A DNA stretch of 64,000 nt from an uncultured virus (IMG/VR IMGVR_UViG_3300002071_000003) (lineage: Duplodnaviria > Heunggongvirae > Uroviricota > Caudoviricetes), in IMG/VR virus record IMGVR_UViG_3300002071_000003, positions 1 through 64,000 of that record. One strand, given 5' to 3'. Of this stretch, positions 28,863 to 39,729 are shown piece after piece. Position numbers and translations under genes: made by a program. The notes beneath the pieces were generated by a model that was given only the letters and a program-made list of their open reading frames with translations, had not been told where the DNA came from and did not search any database. Positions within the stretch are counted from its first letter, which is position 1, and every line of letters starts with the position of its first letter.

Positions 28863-31800
28863 CTATCCGCCAGATATTTGACTGCCTAATCCAGCAGCAA
28901 CGGCATTACCTAGTTGTTCCATTTGTGCTTTGGTAAGAACCTGACCAGTTATGTTTAGGCTTACTGTGATTGGTCCCTGTGGACTACCCACGCTGACTCC
29001 ACTTGTCTTGTTGGTAGGAACATTTGCCAAAGCTGCAAAGTCTCCTGCTCCCACACGAATTCTACGAATGGTATCTGCCTTAGTAAGAACGTCAGTATTA
29101 GCTTTAATTGCGTCTGTTTGAGCAGCCATTCCCTTACTTAGAGCATCGGATGATAAGCCTACCTTTAGTAGAACTCTTGTGTTACCTTCCATTACTGCAA
29201 CTATGTCGTTTTTACTGGCGGCTGTTGCATTCGGGATAGCAGCCTCATACTTCGTAGCCCAAGCTATTGCTTTATTCATTGTATCCATAATATTCATCTT
29301 TGTATCTATCCACTGTTGGGGAATCTCGACCGTACTGGGAACAACTAATGCAGGAGCAGCAGCCTTAGGTGTGGTGGCAGCTTTAGATGCTTTAGTACTA
29401 ACATTCATCGGACCCCCACTCATTAACATCCCCTGAAGTGTTTTTTCGTAACTCGCTGCATCTGCTGCGGCTTTTTTACCAGCGGCTACCGCTGCTGCTT
29501 GCTTGTCCATAAGGGCCATTACGGTCGGGTCCCCGATCAGGAAGCCCGGTGAAGGATTATTCCCTGCTGCTGATCCTATCGTACTTACTTGTACCGTTAT
29601 AGTTTTAACTATATCTGGTGTATCTTTGATTAGCTGTAGAGCAGTAGATAGCTTTATAAGCATTGTTATAAGGTTATTTATTTGAGGCCCAGTCATTCCC
29701 ATCGTTCTAGCCATATCTAGTATTGCTATACCAGTATCCTCAGTCTTACCATATAATATGCTTTCCATCCCTGCTAGACTTCCAAGTTGCTCCTGTAAGA
29801 CAGGGACAATATCTGTATTTTCTTGAAAGGCAGCATCTAATTTAGCATAGCCAGTCTGCATGGCTGTTAATTGACTCAACTGTGATGCCCCCACAGATGG
29901 AGTTATTGCTTTACTAACTACTTGCGACTTTACGCTTAATATGTCCGCAGCTATTTTACCTTTTGCGGCGACTGTGGAATCATCAATAGCTTGTGCTAAT
30001 ACACTATAATCTACTGCGGCTTGATTGGTTGCTGTTCCTAAATAGTCAACTGTTGCGCCCAAGTTTCTAAGCATCATAACCTGTGTGGGTAAATCCATAT
30101 TACCAAATGCTGGACTTACTAAAGATTCGGCTGCTACTAAGTCTTTCCAAGCTTGGGTGTCTGTTTTAATTGGCTCACCATTTAACGTAGATACCGCTTT
30201 CATGTACTCCTGTACCATTTTTATTGAACTATTTGTTGTAGTTGCATCGACTCTACCGGCAGAGTCCGGCTTTATGGGTTGGGACTCTAGCTTGGTTAGC
30301 AAAGTACTTGCAAAACTAAGGTTGCCCATTACTAAGTTAACCTTATCCTGAGTCATACCGGAAACGCCAGCGATTACTTCCGTATTAAGATACGCTTTAG
30401 CCTTCGCTAAATACTCTGTTGCCGCTGTAAGATCACCAGTGGGTACCTTAGCATCAGTTAAAGCATTTGTATAGTCTTTCATATTAGAGATTTGATCTGC
30501 AAATTGAGTAGTTCCGCCCCAAAGTGAAGCGGCTGAACTCTTGTCTATAACTGTTCCGGGGTTTAATTTTAGGCCACCTGATCCATTATCTTGAAAACTA
30601 GATTTAAATGCTTCTAGCGGAGACTGTGAGGTTGCACCAGGATTCATGTGCTTTATAATATCTGCCCTTTGTGCATCAGTTAATCCTTGTATATCTCCCA
30701 AGTTATCGGTGGCCAGTTGGGGGCTGGTGCGTGCTGGCGTAGGAATAGCGTCAGGAAGACTAGATTGGAATGTGAGCGTTGGTGGCCCTTTACCTAACTC
30801 TGTTGGACTAACATACATGTTAGGATAAGCAGCCTTTAGATATAGCAATTGAAGCGTTGAATATACCTGAGAAATCTGTTCTGCGGTTGCTGTTCCTGCT
30901 GATACGGCTGCAATTAGATCGGCATACCCCGGACCCATTCCGGGGATATTTCCTCCCGATTCTGCCATAGCAGCACTAAGGTCACTATATGATTTGGTTA
31001 GATCATCATTGGCAACAGATAACTTAGCGGAAACATCCGCTAAATTGGTTTCAGCATCTATTTTAGCATACATAGAAGCTGTATCTTTAGCTGATCCTAA
31101 CTGACCAACCTGTGCTATTAGACTATTTTGCTCATCTATTAACAAGGTAGTATTAAGTTTAGCCGTAGTGTACGCTGTAGCGGCCGATAGAACAGCATCC
31201 GAAGTACCGTTTAAAGCATCCGAAGCCTTTTTGGAATCTCCTGCAAATAGTGCTAATGCCCCACCCGCTGCTATTAGTGCAATTCCAAGTGGAGATAGAA
31301 CACCAGTTGCCGTAAGTGCCGCACCAGTCATTGCGATACCAGCAGCGCCTATTCCTCCACCAATTGTTTGAAGCATATTTCCGCCTACTGCTTGTACTGC
31401 TGTTGCACCAATCATTGCAGGCATTATTGCTTTAGATGCCATACCTACTAATCCTGATACTGAGAATCCTGCACCTGTATTTTTTGTTGCTAACTGCGCT
31501 GCGGTTCTTGTTCCTGCTGCTGCGCCCATTGCTCCACCAGCAAGAAAGCCTTCTGTATCCATAGCTGCTGCTGCAACAGCTTTTTGAGTTACACCCCACT
31601 CTGCTGTCTTTGCTATTATGCCTGTTAGCATTCCACTAAGGCCATTATATGTACTTGTTATTAAGCTTACTGCTATTTGGGCTATCTTAATAGCCGCTAT
31701 AAAGGCAACAACTTTTACTGCGCCCTCTATCCATCCCGAAGGAATGCCCTGAATAACATTAATAAGTTTTATTATTGCAGATGAAACACTTGTAATAGCA

Positions 31801-33818
31801 TCCCTAATAGCAGGGCCAAAGGTATCGAACATAAGGGAATCTAACTTAGTCTTTAGTTGGACTATTTTAGCACTGTTTGTTTCAAGTATCTTAGCATTTG
31901 CAAGCAAGGCATTGTTTTGAGCATTGGCAGCAATTGTCGTTGAATCCGCTATTGGTGCAAAGTTTGATAGAATAGCTGCTAAATCAGGTGCTCGTCTAGG
32001 TCCACCGGCCATAGCCTTTTCAACTGCTTTTACTTGTCCCGCAGGTATTTCTCCTGTTTGTATAGCGGTATAAACATCCTGTAGAATAGATAGGAAGTCT
32101 CTAGCATTTCCCTGTGCATCCTTTACCTGAATCTTAAATTTATCTAGCATCTTAATAGATGCAGTAGAGTCAATTGATCCAACAAGGTTCTTGAAAGAAA
32201 CCGCAACTTCTGATGCAGACTTGCCTGTTACCTGACCTAATACCTGTAGGAAGCCAATCATTTGATCAAGGCTTAATCCTGCTGTTGAAGCAGTTTCACC
32301 CATTACTGATAGGCCCTTCATAATTTCTGCAATAGCGTTGGCCTGACCACTAGCAACCGCTGAAACTTTATTTAGAACGTTTATCATATCATCAGCATGT
32401 AAGCCTAACTGCTTCATAGCAGCAGTTAAATCGTCTGTCGCTGCAACAGTATCGACACCAGCAATATTAGTATAAACACCTACAGCAAACATCAAGTTAT
32501 TCATTTGAGCACGCCATTCATCAGTTGATTGCCCGGCTCTCTTGGTTGCTAAGGCTATATCGTCAACAGAAGACAACATCTCATTTAATGGGGTTGCTGT
32601 TTCATATGCCACTTGTGCTACGGTATCAAAATATGTTCTAGCTTGTGCGGTACTCATTTGGGAAGTAATTCCAAGCTTCTGAACTAACTGATCTATCAGG
32701 TTGATATTTTTAAGGCCACCCATTGCAGCACCTAATGCACCGATAACAAAGGTTGTAGCAATAGTCCACTCAATAACCTTTACAAAGTCTCTCTGTATCT
32801 GAGCTAAGAAGTTGCTCATACCAGATAACTGACCACCAAATCTTGTAATAACTTGTCCATTAGCCCCAATTTCTGCTCCGAAACTCTTTACCTTTCCTGC
32901 CGTATCTGTGAACGATCCACCAACCTTAGTTACGTTTCTAACTAAGTCTTCATATGGTTGGTTGAAGTTGGCAGTGCCGGAAAGGTTTCCCATTTGTAAG
33001 CCAGCCTTTTGCAGCATGGTGGATAGTTGCGGAGAGGCTGCAAGAGTGGATGAAACATTTGCAGGGGTAGGTGCGGGATTAGCAGCCGTTATATATGCAG
33101 ACTTCATCTGTGCTTCTGCTAACCTTATTTTTTCTGCTTGCGCTTTAATAGCATCAGCTTGTTCTGTACCACCAACCTCGATTGCTCCTGCAACTTTTGC
33201 TGCCGATTCTGTCTGTAAGGCAACTAATTGAGCAGTTTCGGCATTTTGGAAGGTTGTAAGTCCTCCCACTCTGCCTTTCATCGCTGCGGTAACTTCTTTT
33301 CCACTTGCTTGATAAGCGGCTACCTCAGCTTTAGAGCCTGCTAATATACTGGCTCTTGCAGTGGTTGATTGCTGAAGTGCAGCAATCTGTGACTGGTATG
33401 GCGCAGCAGTCGATGCAGCAACAGTTTTCTGCACTCTTTCCATTTCTAGAGAAGCGTCAGAAACACCTTTCATTGCCCCAATTACTTTTTCACTGTTTAC
33501 AGTCGCAGTTTGTACCCAACCAGTGGACATGAAATCAAATACTCCCGCCTTAGTAGTTGGAAGATTTATTCCTGTCTCTTGAAAAACTTTGGCCGACTTG
33601 TTAAGGGCATCAAACTCTACTCTAGCACTTCTGATTGTGGGTCCAAGAGCCTGTACCTGACTACCTAAACCACTAATCCCCATTCCCGCCCCAAACATCG
33701 ATTTAGCTGAAGCCTGTAAAGCCTCATTCTGTGTTCTAACAAACGTAGCAACATCGCCCACGCTAGACAATACCGCTGATGCTCCTGCTGATGTTAACCT
33801 AAACGCAATATCAGGCAC
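28863..33818 (-). CDS. tape measure protein
   Basis: 1651 aa, Ala/Gly/Thr-rich, TP901-type core (GLSLDQMIG...GKSASEVAVSFK); follows the tail chaperones. Confidence 0.92.
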   Translation of the reverse strand: MPDIAFRLTSAGASAVLSSVGDVATFVRTQNEALQASAKSMFGAGMGISGLGSQVQALGPTIRSARVEFDALNKSAKVFQETGINLPTTKAGVFDFMSTGWVQTATVNSEKVIGAMKGVSDASLEMERVQKTVAASTAAPYQSQIAALQQSTTARASILAGSKAEVAAYQASGKEVTAAMKGRVGGLTTFQNAETAQLVALQTESAAKVAGAIEVGGTEQADAIKAQAEKIRLAEAQMKSAYITAANPAPTPANVSSTLAASPQLSTMLQKAGLQMGNLSGTANFNQPYEDLVRNVTKVGGSFTDTAGKVKSFGAEIGANGQVITRFGGQLSGMSNFLAQIQRDFVKVIEWTIATTFVIGALGAAMGGLKNINLIDQLVQKLGITSQMSTAQARTYFDTVAQVAYETATPLNEMLSSVDDIALATKRAGQSTDEWRAQMNNLMFAVGVYTNIAGVDTVAATDDLTAAMKQLGLHADDMINVLNKVSAVASGQANAIAEIMKGLSVMGETASTAGLSLDQMIGFLQVLGQVTGKSASEVAVSFKNLVGSIDSTASIKMLDKFKIQVKDAQGNARDFLSILQDVYTAIQTGEIPAGQVKAVEKAMAGGPRRAPDLAAILSNFAPIADSTTIAANAQNNALLANAKILETNSAKIVQLKTKLDSLMFDTFGPAIRDAITSVSSAIIKLINVIQGIPSGWIEGAVKVVAFIAAIKIAQIAVSLITSTYNGLSGMLTGIIAKTAEWGVTQKAVAAAAMDTEGFLAGGAMGAAAGTRTAAQLATKNTGAGFSVSGLVGMASKAIMPAMIGATAVQAVGGNMLQTIGGGIGAAGIAMTGAALTATGVLSPLGIALIAAGGALALFAGDSKKASDALNGTSDAVLSAATAYTTAKLNTTLLIDEQNSLIAQVGQLGSAKDTASMYAKIDAETNLADVSAKLSVANDDLTKSYSDLSAAMAESGGNIPGMGPGYADLIAAVSAGTATAEQISQVYSTLQLLYLKAAYPNMYVSPTELGKGPPTLTFQSSLPDAIPTPARTSPQLATDNLGDIQGLTDAQRADIIKHMNPGATSQSPLEAFKSSFQDNGSGGLKLNPGTVIDKSSAASLWGGTTQFADQISNMKDYTNALTDAKVPTGDLTAATEYLAKAKAYLNTEVIAGVSGMTQDKVNLVMGNLSFASTLLTKLESQPIKPDSAGRVDATTTNSSIKMVQEYMKAVSTLNGEPIKTDTQAWKDLVAAESLVSPAFGNMDLPTQVMMLRNLGATVDYLGTATNQAAVDYSVLAQAIDDSTVAAKGKIAADILSVKSQVVSKAITPSVGASQLSQLTAMQTGYAKLDAAFQENTDIVPVLQEQLGSLAGMESILYGKTEDTGIAILDMARTMGMTGPQINNLITMLIKLSTALQLIKDTPDIVKTITVQVSTIGSAAGNNPSPGFLIGDPTVMALMDKQAAAVAAGKKAAADAASYEKTLQGMLMSGGPMNVSTKASKAATTPKAAAPALVVPSTVEIPQQWIDTKMNIMDTMNKAIAWATKYEAAIPNATAASKNDIVAVMEGNTRVLLKVGLSSDALSKGMAAQTDAIKANTDVLTKADTIRRIRVGAGDFAALANVPTNKTSGVSVGSPQGPITVSLNITGQVLTKAQMEQLGNAVAAGLGSQISGG

Positions 33819-33821
33819 AGA

Positions 33822-34091
33822 TTATTCCACCTCATTTGGATCAAATTCAATCGATGTGTTCTCCTTTTCTCTAGGATTTTTATTGTCAAATACCTCATCA
33901 AACCACTGCTCTAACCTATATGGCTTATCATAAATTCCTCTAGGGGGCTGCTTATCTTTGGGCAACTCGTTAAAAGAATTTAATTTGGCAGCAAACATTA
34001 TAGCAAAAGAAATAGTGTGGGGTAACTCGGAAGTTGTCTCAATATCTTTTATGAACGGCAACCCTGTTTCTTTATGAGTGGTAATAGCCAT
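33822..34091 (-). CDS. tail assembly chaperone T (C-terminal part of the frameshift fusion)
   Basis: In the -1 frame of the upstream chaperone; ELPKDKQPP motif. Confidence 0.8.
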   Translation of the reverse strand: MAITTHKETGLPFIKDIETTSELPHTISFAIMFAAKLNSFNELPKDKQPPRGIYDKPYRLEQWFDEVFDNKNPREKENTSIEFDPNEVE

Positions 34092-34111
34092 ATTAAGTAT
34101 ACCACCCTCTG

Positions 34112-34822
34112 CTAGTTTTTTAATTCGTCCGGGCTAACTTCTAGGTCTTGGTATGCAGCCTCAATTTGTGTCTTCAAGGAAGAATGCTGATTAAGATAAT
34201 CATCATAATCTTGGAAGGCTCTCTTTTTACATTCCTTATCTAAATAAGTTCCTCGAAATGATTTTTGATTTACTACTTCTTGAATAAATGTAGTTAAGGC
34301 CCTTAAATTTGACATGGCCTTTCGAGATTCGTCTATTAACTGCCCTCTATCCATAGCCTGTAGTCTTTCAACTATCTCTAAATTTCTGGTATCTATATAC
34401 TCACGAACCTTATTCTGGTAATCTAACTCATTCTGTAACTCTTCTATATCTCTTTTCTCCTGTTCTTCAAGAGTGGGAGCGTCAGGATCAGTAGCAAAAT
34501 TTTCTATCTTAGGAATATCCTCTCGATCTATGGCTGAGGAAGCCTGTGTTACTACATCAGATTGTTGAGATTGTTTAATTAACTCGATTAAATCTTTAGA
34601 TGCTCCTTCCTCTATAAGTGATACCTCAGCAATATACTCGTCGGATTCAGTATTACGTAATTCCCTTCTTGTCCTTGCTGAAGCGAGGCGTCCCATTCTA
34701 TAGGACTCAGTTAAATCATGATCACCAAGGAGTCTTACCCATAACGTCATTACGGTATTTCCTTTTGGGTCCTTTATTTCTACTGGTCTTTTATATTTAA
34801 ATAGGTCTTGAATACTTCCCAT
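34112..34822 (-). CDS. tail assembly chaperone G
   Basis: Between the tail tube and TMP; ends in a slippery site. Confidence 0.8.
   Translation of the reverse strand: MGSIQDLFKYKRPVEIKDPKGNTVMTLWVRLLGDHDLTESYRMGRLASARTRRELRNTESDEYIAEVSLIEEGASKDLIELIKQSQQSDVVTQASSAIDREDIPKIENFATDPDAPTLEEQEKRDIEELQNELDYQNKVREYIDTRNLEIVERLQAMDRGQLIDESRKAMSNLRALTTFIQEVVNQKSFRGTYLDKECKKRAFQDYDDYLNQHSSLKTQIEAAYQDLEVSPDELKN
34115..34121 (-). other. programmed -1 ribosomal frameshift site A AAA AAC
   Basis: TTA AAA AAC TAG; the -1 frame reads CTA GCA GAG GGT GGT ATA CTT AAT ATG GCT into ORF 33822-34091 with no stop. Confidence 0.85.
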
Positions 34823-34835
34823 GCCTTTTCCTCCT

Positions 34836-34879
34836 AAAAATAATAAAGGGTAGTTAGGCTCACGCCCAACTACCCTTTA
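34836..34879 (-). terminator. rho-independent terminator after the tail tube gene
   Basis: Minus strand TAAAGGGTAGTTGGGC-GTGA-GCCTAACTACCCTTTA-TTATTTTT. Confidence 0.8.
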
Positions 34880-34921
34880 AAGTTTAGTAACCTAAACTAT
34901 CCAATTAGCTGCTAATAAATC

Positions 34922-36100
34922 TTACCAAGGACCAACACCGGATACTACGAATAGCTCTCCTGTTGTTGATTCCCATGCGAATGTTTCCATTACCGATGCG
35001 TTAACCTGAGATGTATCGCTCTCACTTACTACTGTGATTGAAGGCACGTAGTAAGTAAGTAATACGTTTGCAGTATTTCTTGGGTCTTTCAACTGAACCT
35101 TTAATGGAAGGTCCATTCTAGCAAACTCCATATTTGTTTCTACTGCTGATGGTGTGCCGGTTAGAATATTAACAAGATCGTTATCTGTCTTGAATACGGA
35201 TACGTCACCTGTTACATTGGGTACTCCTAGCTCATTACCAATTGGCTTTCCTAGTCCACCCATTTCGTAGAGTGTTTCTACTGCGTAGGCTAGTTTAATA
35301 GTTGCAGTCTGCACTCTAGGAATGCTACTTACGGAAATAGATAGCGGTACGTACTTGCCCTGAACAGCAGCAGTATCAGTATCATTAAGAGGCTGGAACA
35401 GTACTGTTGGATTTGCTGTGCTTGTGTAAGTAACCCAAGTAACATCCCCTGCTGCGCCGCCTATGAAGTTAACATTGCTTCCTGTTACAGTATAGTCTAT
35501 TTCATTGTCTAGATAAACTCCCTGTCCATTTGTTGATGTTCTAAATGCACTTAGAAGATATCCAGATGTGACGGGCAACCATGATGGTGCTCTGGTTAGT
35601 GCTGCTGTACCCGATCCTGTAGTAAGTAACTCATAGTATACGGGGTTCTTTAATTCTTTCTTAGCGTTTGCTGAAACTGTATAAGTAACCGTAGAGTTTG
35701 TTGTAACTCCGAATGAAGCATCCATGCCTGTTACTGTTCCTCTTGGAACATACAAAGCATTAACAATACCTAGGGTACTTGAATCTCTAATCTGTCCTAT
35801 AACATCAACATTCTTTAACTGGGTAATTGATACACCAGATGCCGGAAATGTTGAGGGAGTGTATCCAGTAAGATACGAAACTGTATTATGGGAAACGTCA
35901 AACGCTTCCACTGTTACTGTTACGGTTGGTGTTTCCTGTGTCTTTCCTACGTGTAACTTTCGACCTAACTCATCGATAGTTGTGGTAGGTAGAGTTAGTG
36001 GCCAATCGAATCGCTGCACTCTTGCAACTGCTACCATACCTTGTGGTGTAGCCAAAAGCGGCTGAATGTCTCTACTATGTATTCTTGGGCGTCTTGCCAT
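34922..36100 (-). CDS. major tail tube protein
   Basis: Strong SD; Thr/Val-rich with duplicated RVQ..ELG modules; upstream of the chaperones. Confidence 0.8.
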   Translation of the reverse strand: MARRPRIHSRDIQPLLATPQGMVAVARVQRFDWPLTLPTTTIDELGRKLHVGKTQETPTVTVTVEAFDVSHNTVSYLTGYTPSTFPASGVSITQLKNVDVIGQIRDSSTLGIVNALYVPRGTVTGMDASFGVTTNSTVTYTVSANAKKELKNPVYYELLTTGSGTAALTRAPSWLPVTSGYLLSAFRTSTNGQGVYLDNEIDYTVTGSNVNFIGGAAGDVTWVTYTSTANPTVLFQPLNDTDTAAVQGKYVPLSISVSSIPRVQTATIKLAYAVETLYEMGGLGKPIGNELGVPNVTGDVSVFKTDNDLVNILTGTPSAVETNMEFARMDLPLKVQLKDPRNTANVLLTYYVPSITVVSESDTSQVNASVMETFAWESTTGELFVVSGVGPW

Positions 36101-36175
36101 GTGACTCTTCCTCCTTTAAAATTCTAAATAAGACCTTTCCTTTCCTAAAGAGTCCGCCCAATTAAGTGTATCGGA

Positions 36176-36616
36176 CTACTCATAATAATAAGCATGAAAT
36201 GTAGCTCTAATTATAGATCGCCATCTAATAATCTTCGGATTAGTTAAAATCGGGGGCACGGTTTGCCAAGTTATTGATTCTGTATCAGAAGAGAGCACTC
36301 CTACCTCATTTTCATTTTGATCTTTGATAGAGATGGGGTTAGCTTCTATATAGGTTGCTATTGCTTCTGAGATAGCGTCTGCTCTTGGTTCGCTCTCCAT
36401 ATAGCAATCTATCTGCACTATACGGGTAACGCTATTAGTACTATCGTGCCCCATTTGTAGTGCCTTAAAGTTAGAGGGTAGAAAGAATACAGATACACAC
36501 GGCACAACGATTTCAGCGTCTTTGAGAAAGCCTTCCCTGTAATTTATTCCAGTCCAGCCTAGATTGCTCTCTAGTTTGTTTCTAATGGAACGCCGTTCCA
36601 TGTACTTACTTGGCAT
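36176..36616 (-). CDS. tail terminator protein
   Basis: P.VSV...LQMG...VQIDCY motif; position upstream of the tube gene. Confidence 0.7.
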   Translation of the reverse strand: MPSKYMERRSIRNKLESNLGWTGINYREGFLKDAEIVVPCVSVFFLPSNFKALQMGHDSTNSVTRIVQIDCYMESEPRADAISEAIATYIEANPISIKDQNENEVGVLSSDTESITWQTVPPILTNPKIIRWRSIIRATFHAYYYE

Positions 36617-36622
36617 AATTTA

Positions 36623-37318
36623 TTACCCCCTTGGTGAAAACTGTCCAGTATTCTGAGCAAACCCACCACGGATATTGTGGTATGTTCCACCGCCGGGTCT
36701 AACCCCCAATCCCTGATCTGCTAAGTTAACTGCTTCTTGTAGCATTTCTTCATACAACGCGGGTAATTCGTACGCTGCCTTAGCAGCAATTAATTCTGCT
36801 AATGGTTGTGGGTCTACGTTAGGCTCATACTCTGACCCGTTTTGAAGCACCCACCATTCAGGTGCTAAAGCACCCCACACTTCTATTCTATTATATAGCG
36901 TATCATCATAAAGAAATGTAGGAGCAACTTCATCTTCCCAATAAGTTGCTCTTGTAGTAACATCGTTTTTTAATCCCTGACCTGCATAAGGAAGTTCTAT
37001 TCTCTGTTTTTCTGTATCAATAGCATGTCTGTGGAATCCCTTGGTGTAATCTTCATAAGAGCCCAACAGCATAAGATCAACATCAACCCCTGCACTTGTT
37101 AGCACAATGGGTGGAGTAGCATTGATAACCTCTATTAAATGATCTTTATATATTGGTGGAAATCCATCTTGTGTTACTTCCATAACAGTTTCTATAAGAA
37201 GTTCTTTTAGACGCCCGGCAGCGCTTGCAAAAAATAGTCTGGTAGCTGCCTCGGATTCAAGAGCAAGCTTACTTAGAAACATCGCTGTATCTGAATAATC
37301 GATTGTATACGATAGCAT
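36623..37318 (-). CDS. neck / tail-completion protein
   Basis: Synteny; APEWWVLQNGS resembles the AP.W..LE.G neck motif. Confidence 0.55.
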   Translation of the reverse strand: MLSYTIDYSDTAMFLSKLALESEAATRLFFASAAGRLKELLIETVMEVTQDGFPPIYKDHLIEVINATPPIVLTSAGVDVDLMLLGSYEDYTKGFHRHAIDTEKQRIELPYAGQGLKNDVTTRATYWEDEVAPTFLYDDTLYNRIEVWGALAPEWWVLQNGSEYEPNVDPQPLAELIAAKAAYELPALYEEMLQEAVNLADQGLGVRPGGGTYHNIRGGFAQNTGQFSPRG

Positions 37319-37329
37319 ACGATCATCTC

Positions 37330-37587
37330 CTATTCAGCATCTACACCGAAGCCCAAGATTGTGTGAACGTCACGAATCATATCATTGAAATGATCCAGAA
37401 CAATCTTCTTGATTGCCGGAAAGGCTTTAGCATCTGTTCTACTCTCTAGCATGTCAAGCATTAACTTTATATATACTCGTTTTCTTGCTTCTATATCTTG
37501 TGCCCCCTGGATTAAAGAAATTCCATTTACTTTATTATGAACAAACTCTTTATCACAATGGGGACAAACTACTATGTTTGCTTGCAT
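37330..37587 (-). CDS. hypothetical protein (CxxC)
   Basis: ORF in the neck module. Confidence 0.6.
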   Translation of the reverse strand: MQANIVVCPHCDKEFVHNKVNGISLIQGAQDIEARKRVYIKLMLDMLESRTDAKAFPAIKKIVLDHFNDMIRDVHTILGFGVDAE

Positions 37588-37601
37588 ATCCTTACCTCAC
37601 C

Positions 37602-38069
37602 TTATTTATCTCCGTAACCTTTCAAGATTACTTTGTATCTGTTAATAGCCATAGCGCCTTCGGGAATGATTTTGATGATTTGCATCTCCTTATCATCCAC
37701 GACTACCTTGCCCGTTTCTGCAAATGCCTTTTCTGCTATGGGTAAATATTTATCTTCTATTGTTGCAGTAGCATCTCCTAAATAGTATCTCCCGCCCGGA
37801 GTTGCTGTAATTGCCTGATCGCTGGACCATCTAACTCTGGCTAAAACCTCTGTCCCAACCTCTGTATTAATCCAGTACTGGCCACTGCATATAGGACAAT
37901 TAAAAAAGAAAGTGGTGTCATTAGTCACGTCATAGTATCCAGAGGCCGTACAGAGGCCGCAGGACGCTCTGGCAACATTGTAGAAGGTAACGTTACGCCC
38001 TATGGTTTCCCGTACAGCAACGATGGTTCTCTCCATCCATGCCTTGTTTATCTTAAATGTGTAGGGCAC
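37602..38069 (-). CDS. head-closure protein with a zinc-finger insert
   Basis: Synteny; CGLC...CPICSG; VVVDDKEMQI. Confidence 0.6.
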   Translation of the reverse strand: MPYTFKINKAWMERTIVAVRETIGRNVTFYNVARASCGLCTASGYYDVTNDTTFFFNCPICSGQYWINTEVGTEVLARVRWSSDQAITATPGGRYYLGDATATIEDKYLPIAEKAFAETGKVVVDDKEMQIIKIIPEGAMAINRYKVILKGYGDK

Positions 38070-38070
38070 A

Positions 38071-39051
38071 CTAATCGCCTCTTACTTTGGCTAAGAAGTC
38101 CATAAACTTCTTCTTACTTGGTACATAGTCATAGTTCGCTACTAGAGTATCATGCGCAATCTGCGAATAGAAATCTGCTGATACTTGATCCTTTAAAATA
38201 CACCGCGCCGATTCAAAAGCCGGTTCAAGATCAAAGGGACTCCAAGAATAATTAGGATACAACTCATTTTGTAACTCTAATCTATTAGACCCAACAACAG
38301 GAATTTTAAAAAACGCTGCTTCACCCTGTACCCTGCCGGGGGAGTTTCTATCTGTCATACTGATGACGAGTTTGCATCTTGATAGCATCTCCATATATGA
38401 ATCCATGCTCTCTCGCTTATGGATATAAACACCGTCAAAGTGGTCGGCCATGTAAGTACAATAAGCCATCAACTTATCTGGAACGGATAAAAATACCCCA
38501 ACAAGATTTGGATTTTCCTTTCTCAAAGCTCTAAAGATTAGGAGGTTAGAGATAAAGTTTCTATCATTGTCTGCCGCACCCACACCTAGCCCTACGTACT
38601 CTTTCTTGGAGTCCTGTAGATGGCTATACTTTATAGTATATTTCTCTACAGGGAAGGGTAGACCAACTTTGATTACTGGAATACTGGGAACGGCACTTGC
38701 ATACCAGCTTCGTTCCTCTTCGGTCAAAGCCATTAGCCCATTTAAATACTGTAAATCTGTAATGTAATCAAACTGTTTATCGGCTGGCAGCCGACTTATA
38801 TGAGAAGATAGTGGATGATCTGATAACCCTATCTGTACCATTTCGGGATATCTGGCACGTAATTCCTTACTCCACCCACTCGCGTCAATCCACAGCGTTC
38901 GGATGACGGTATTATAATCTCGTGCTTCGTCAATTTTTTGTATGAATGGAACCTGTAAAATGTCAAGCCACACACCATTGTCATAGCTGCCATTGTTCGG
39001 CATATCACCATAAAACATGGCTAAATCACCCTTAACTGGAACCTTGCCCAT
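38071..39051 (-). CDS. GT-B-fold glycosyltransferase-like protein
   Basis: YMEMLSRCKLVI...PGRVQGEAAFFKIPVVGS nucleotide-sugar-binding segment. Confidence 0.7.
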   Translation of the reverse strand: MGKVPVKGDLAMFYGDMPNNGSYDNGVWLDILQVPFIQKIDEARDYNTVIRTLWIDASGWSKELRARYPEMVQIGLSDHPLSSHISRLPADKQFDYITDLQYLNGLMALTEEERSWYASAVPSIPVIKVGLPFPVEKYTIKYSHLQDSKKEYVGLGVGAADNDRNFISNLLIFRALRKENPNLVGVFLSVPDKLMAYCTYMADHFDGVYIHKRESMDSYMEMLSRCKLVISMTDRNSPGRVQGEAAFFKIPVVGSNRLELQNELYPNYSWSPFDLEPAFESARCILKDQVSADFYSQIAHDTLVANYDYVPSKKKFMDFLAKVRGD

Positions 39052-39060
39052 TTCCTTCTC

Positions 39061-39714
39061 CTATATTTTTCCAGTGGCGAGTTTATCGCCCCATTTTGAC
39101 ATGAAGTACTCGTGCTTATTGCTCCATATACCGAGTCTTGCAGAGGTTTGTCCAACCAAGTGTATGTACTCAGCGGTGGGACAGGATACAACGTCATACC
39201 CTTTCTCTCTAGCTCTATAGCAATAATCAATTTCTTCCCGATAGCCCATACCAAAGTTCTCATCGAACAGTCCTATATCATTGATTACCTGCCGTTTTAT
39301 ATACATGCAGGAACCCTCTACAGACTTTTGAGTAACAACTTCGGTAACATTGCTTTTATCTTCCCCGTAATATTTATGGGCAGTATTACCGTCAGGTGCT
39401 ATGAATATCCCATAATTATTTACGTGCTGCCCGTCAGGAGAGATAGACTTTCCCCCAACAATTCCAATTTTGGGATCGGAATAAGCTAGGGTTCTCATCT
39501 CTTGCACAATATCAGAAAGAATAATAGTATCATCGTTTAATACAATAACATCCGTTAAAGTCGAAGACATTAGTTCGTTACATGCTTTCAACCATCCAAT
39601 ATCGTTTTTATAGACTAGAATGCGCGGATTTATGACTTGCTGCATTATCGAATTAACACAGTTAGTAACTAGGGGCGCTCCAAAATATGTTGGAACTAGA
39701 ATTGTAACATCCAT
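39061..39714 (-). CDS. GT2 glycosyltransferase
   Basis: ILVPTY, GWLKACN, LNDD, GSCMYI, FDENFGMGYREEIDYCYRA. Confidence 0.9.
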   Translation of the reverse strand: MDVTILVPTYFGAPLVTNCVNSIMQQVINPRILVYKNDIGWLKACNELMSSTLTDVIVLNDDTIILSDIVQEMRTLAYSDPKIGIVGGKSISPDGQHVNNYGIFIAPDGNTAHKYYGEDKSNVTEVVTQKSVEGSCMYIKRQVINDIGLFDENFGMGYREEIDYCYRAREKGYDVVSCPTAEYIHLVGQTSARLGIWSNKHEYFMSKWGDKLATGKI

Positions 39715-39729
39715 ACCTTTACCTCATTT

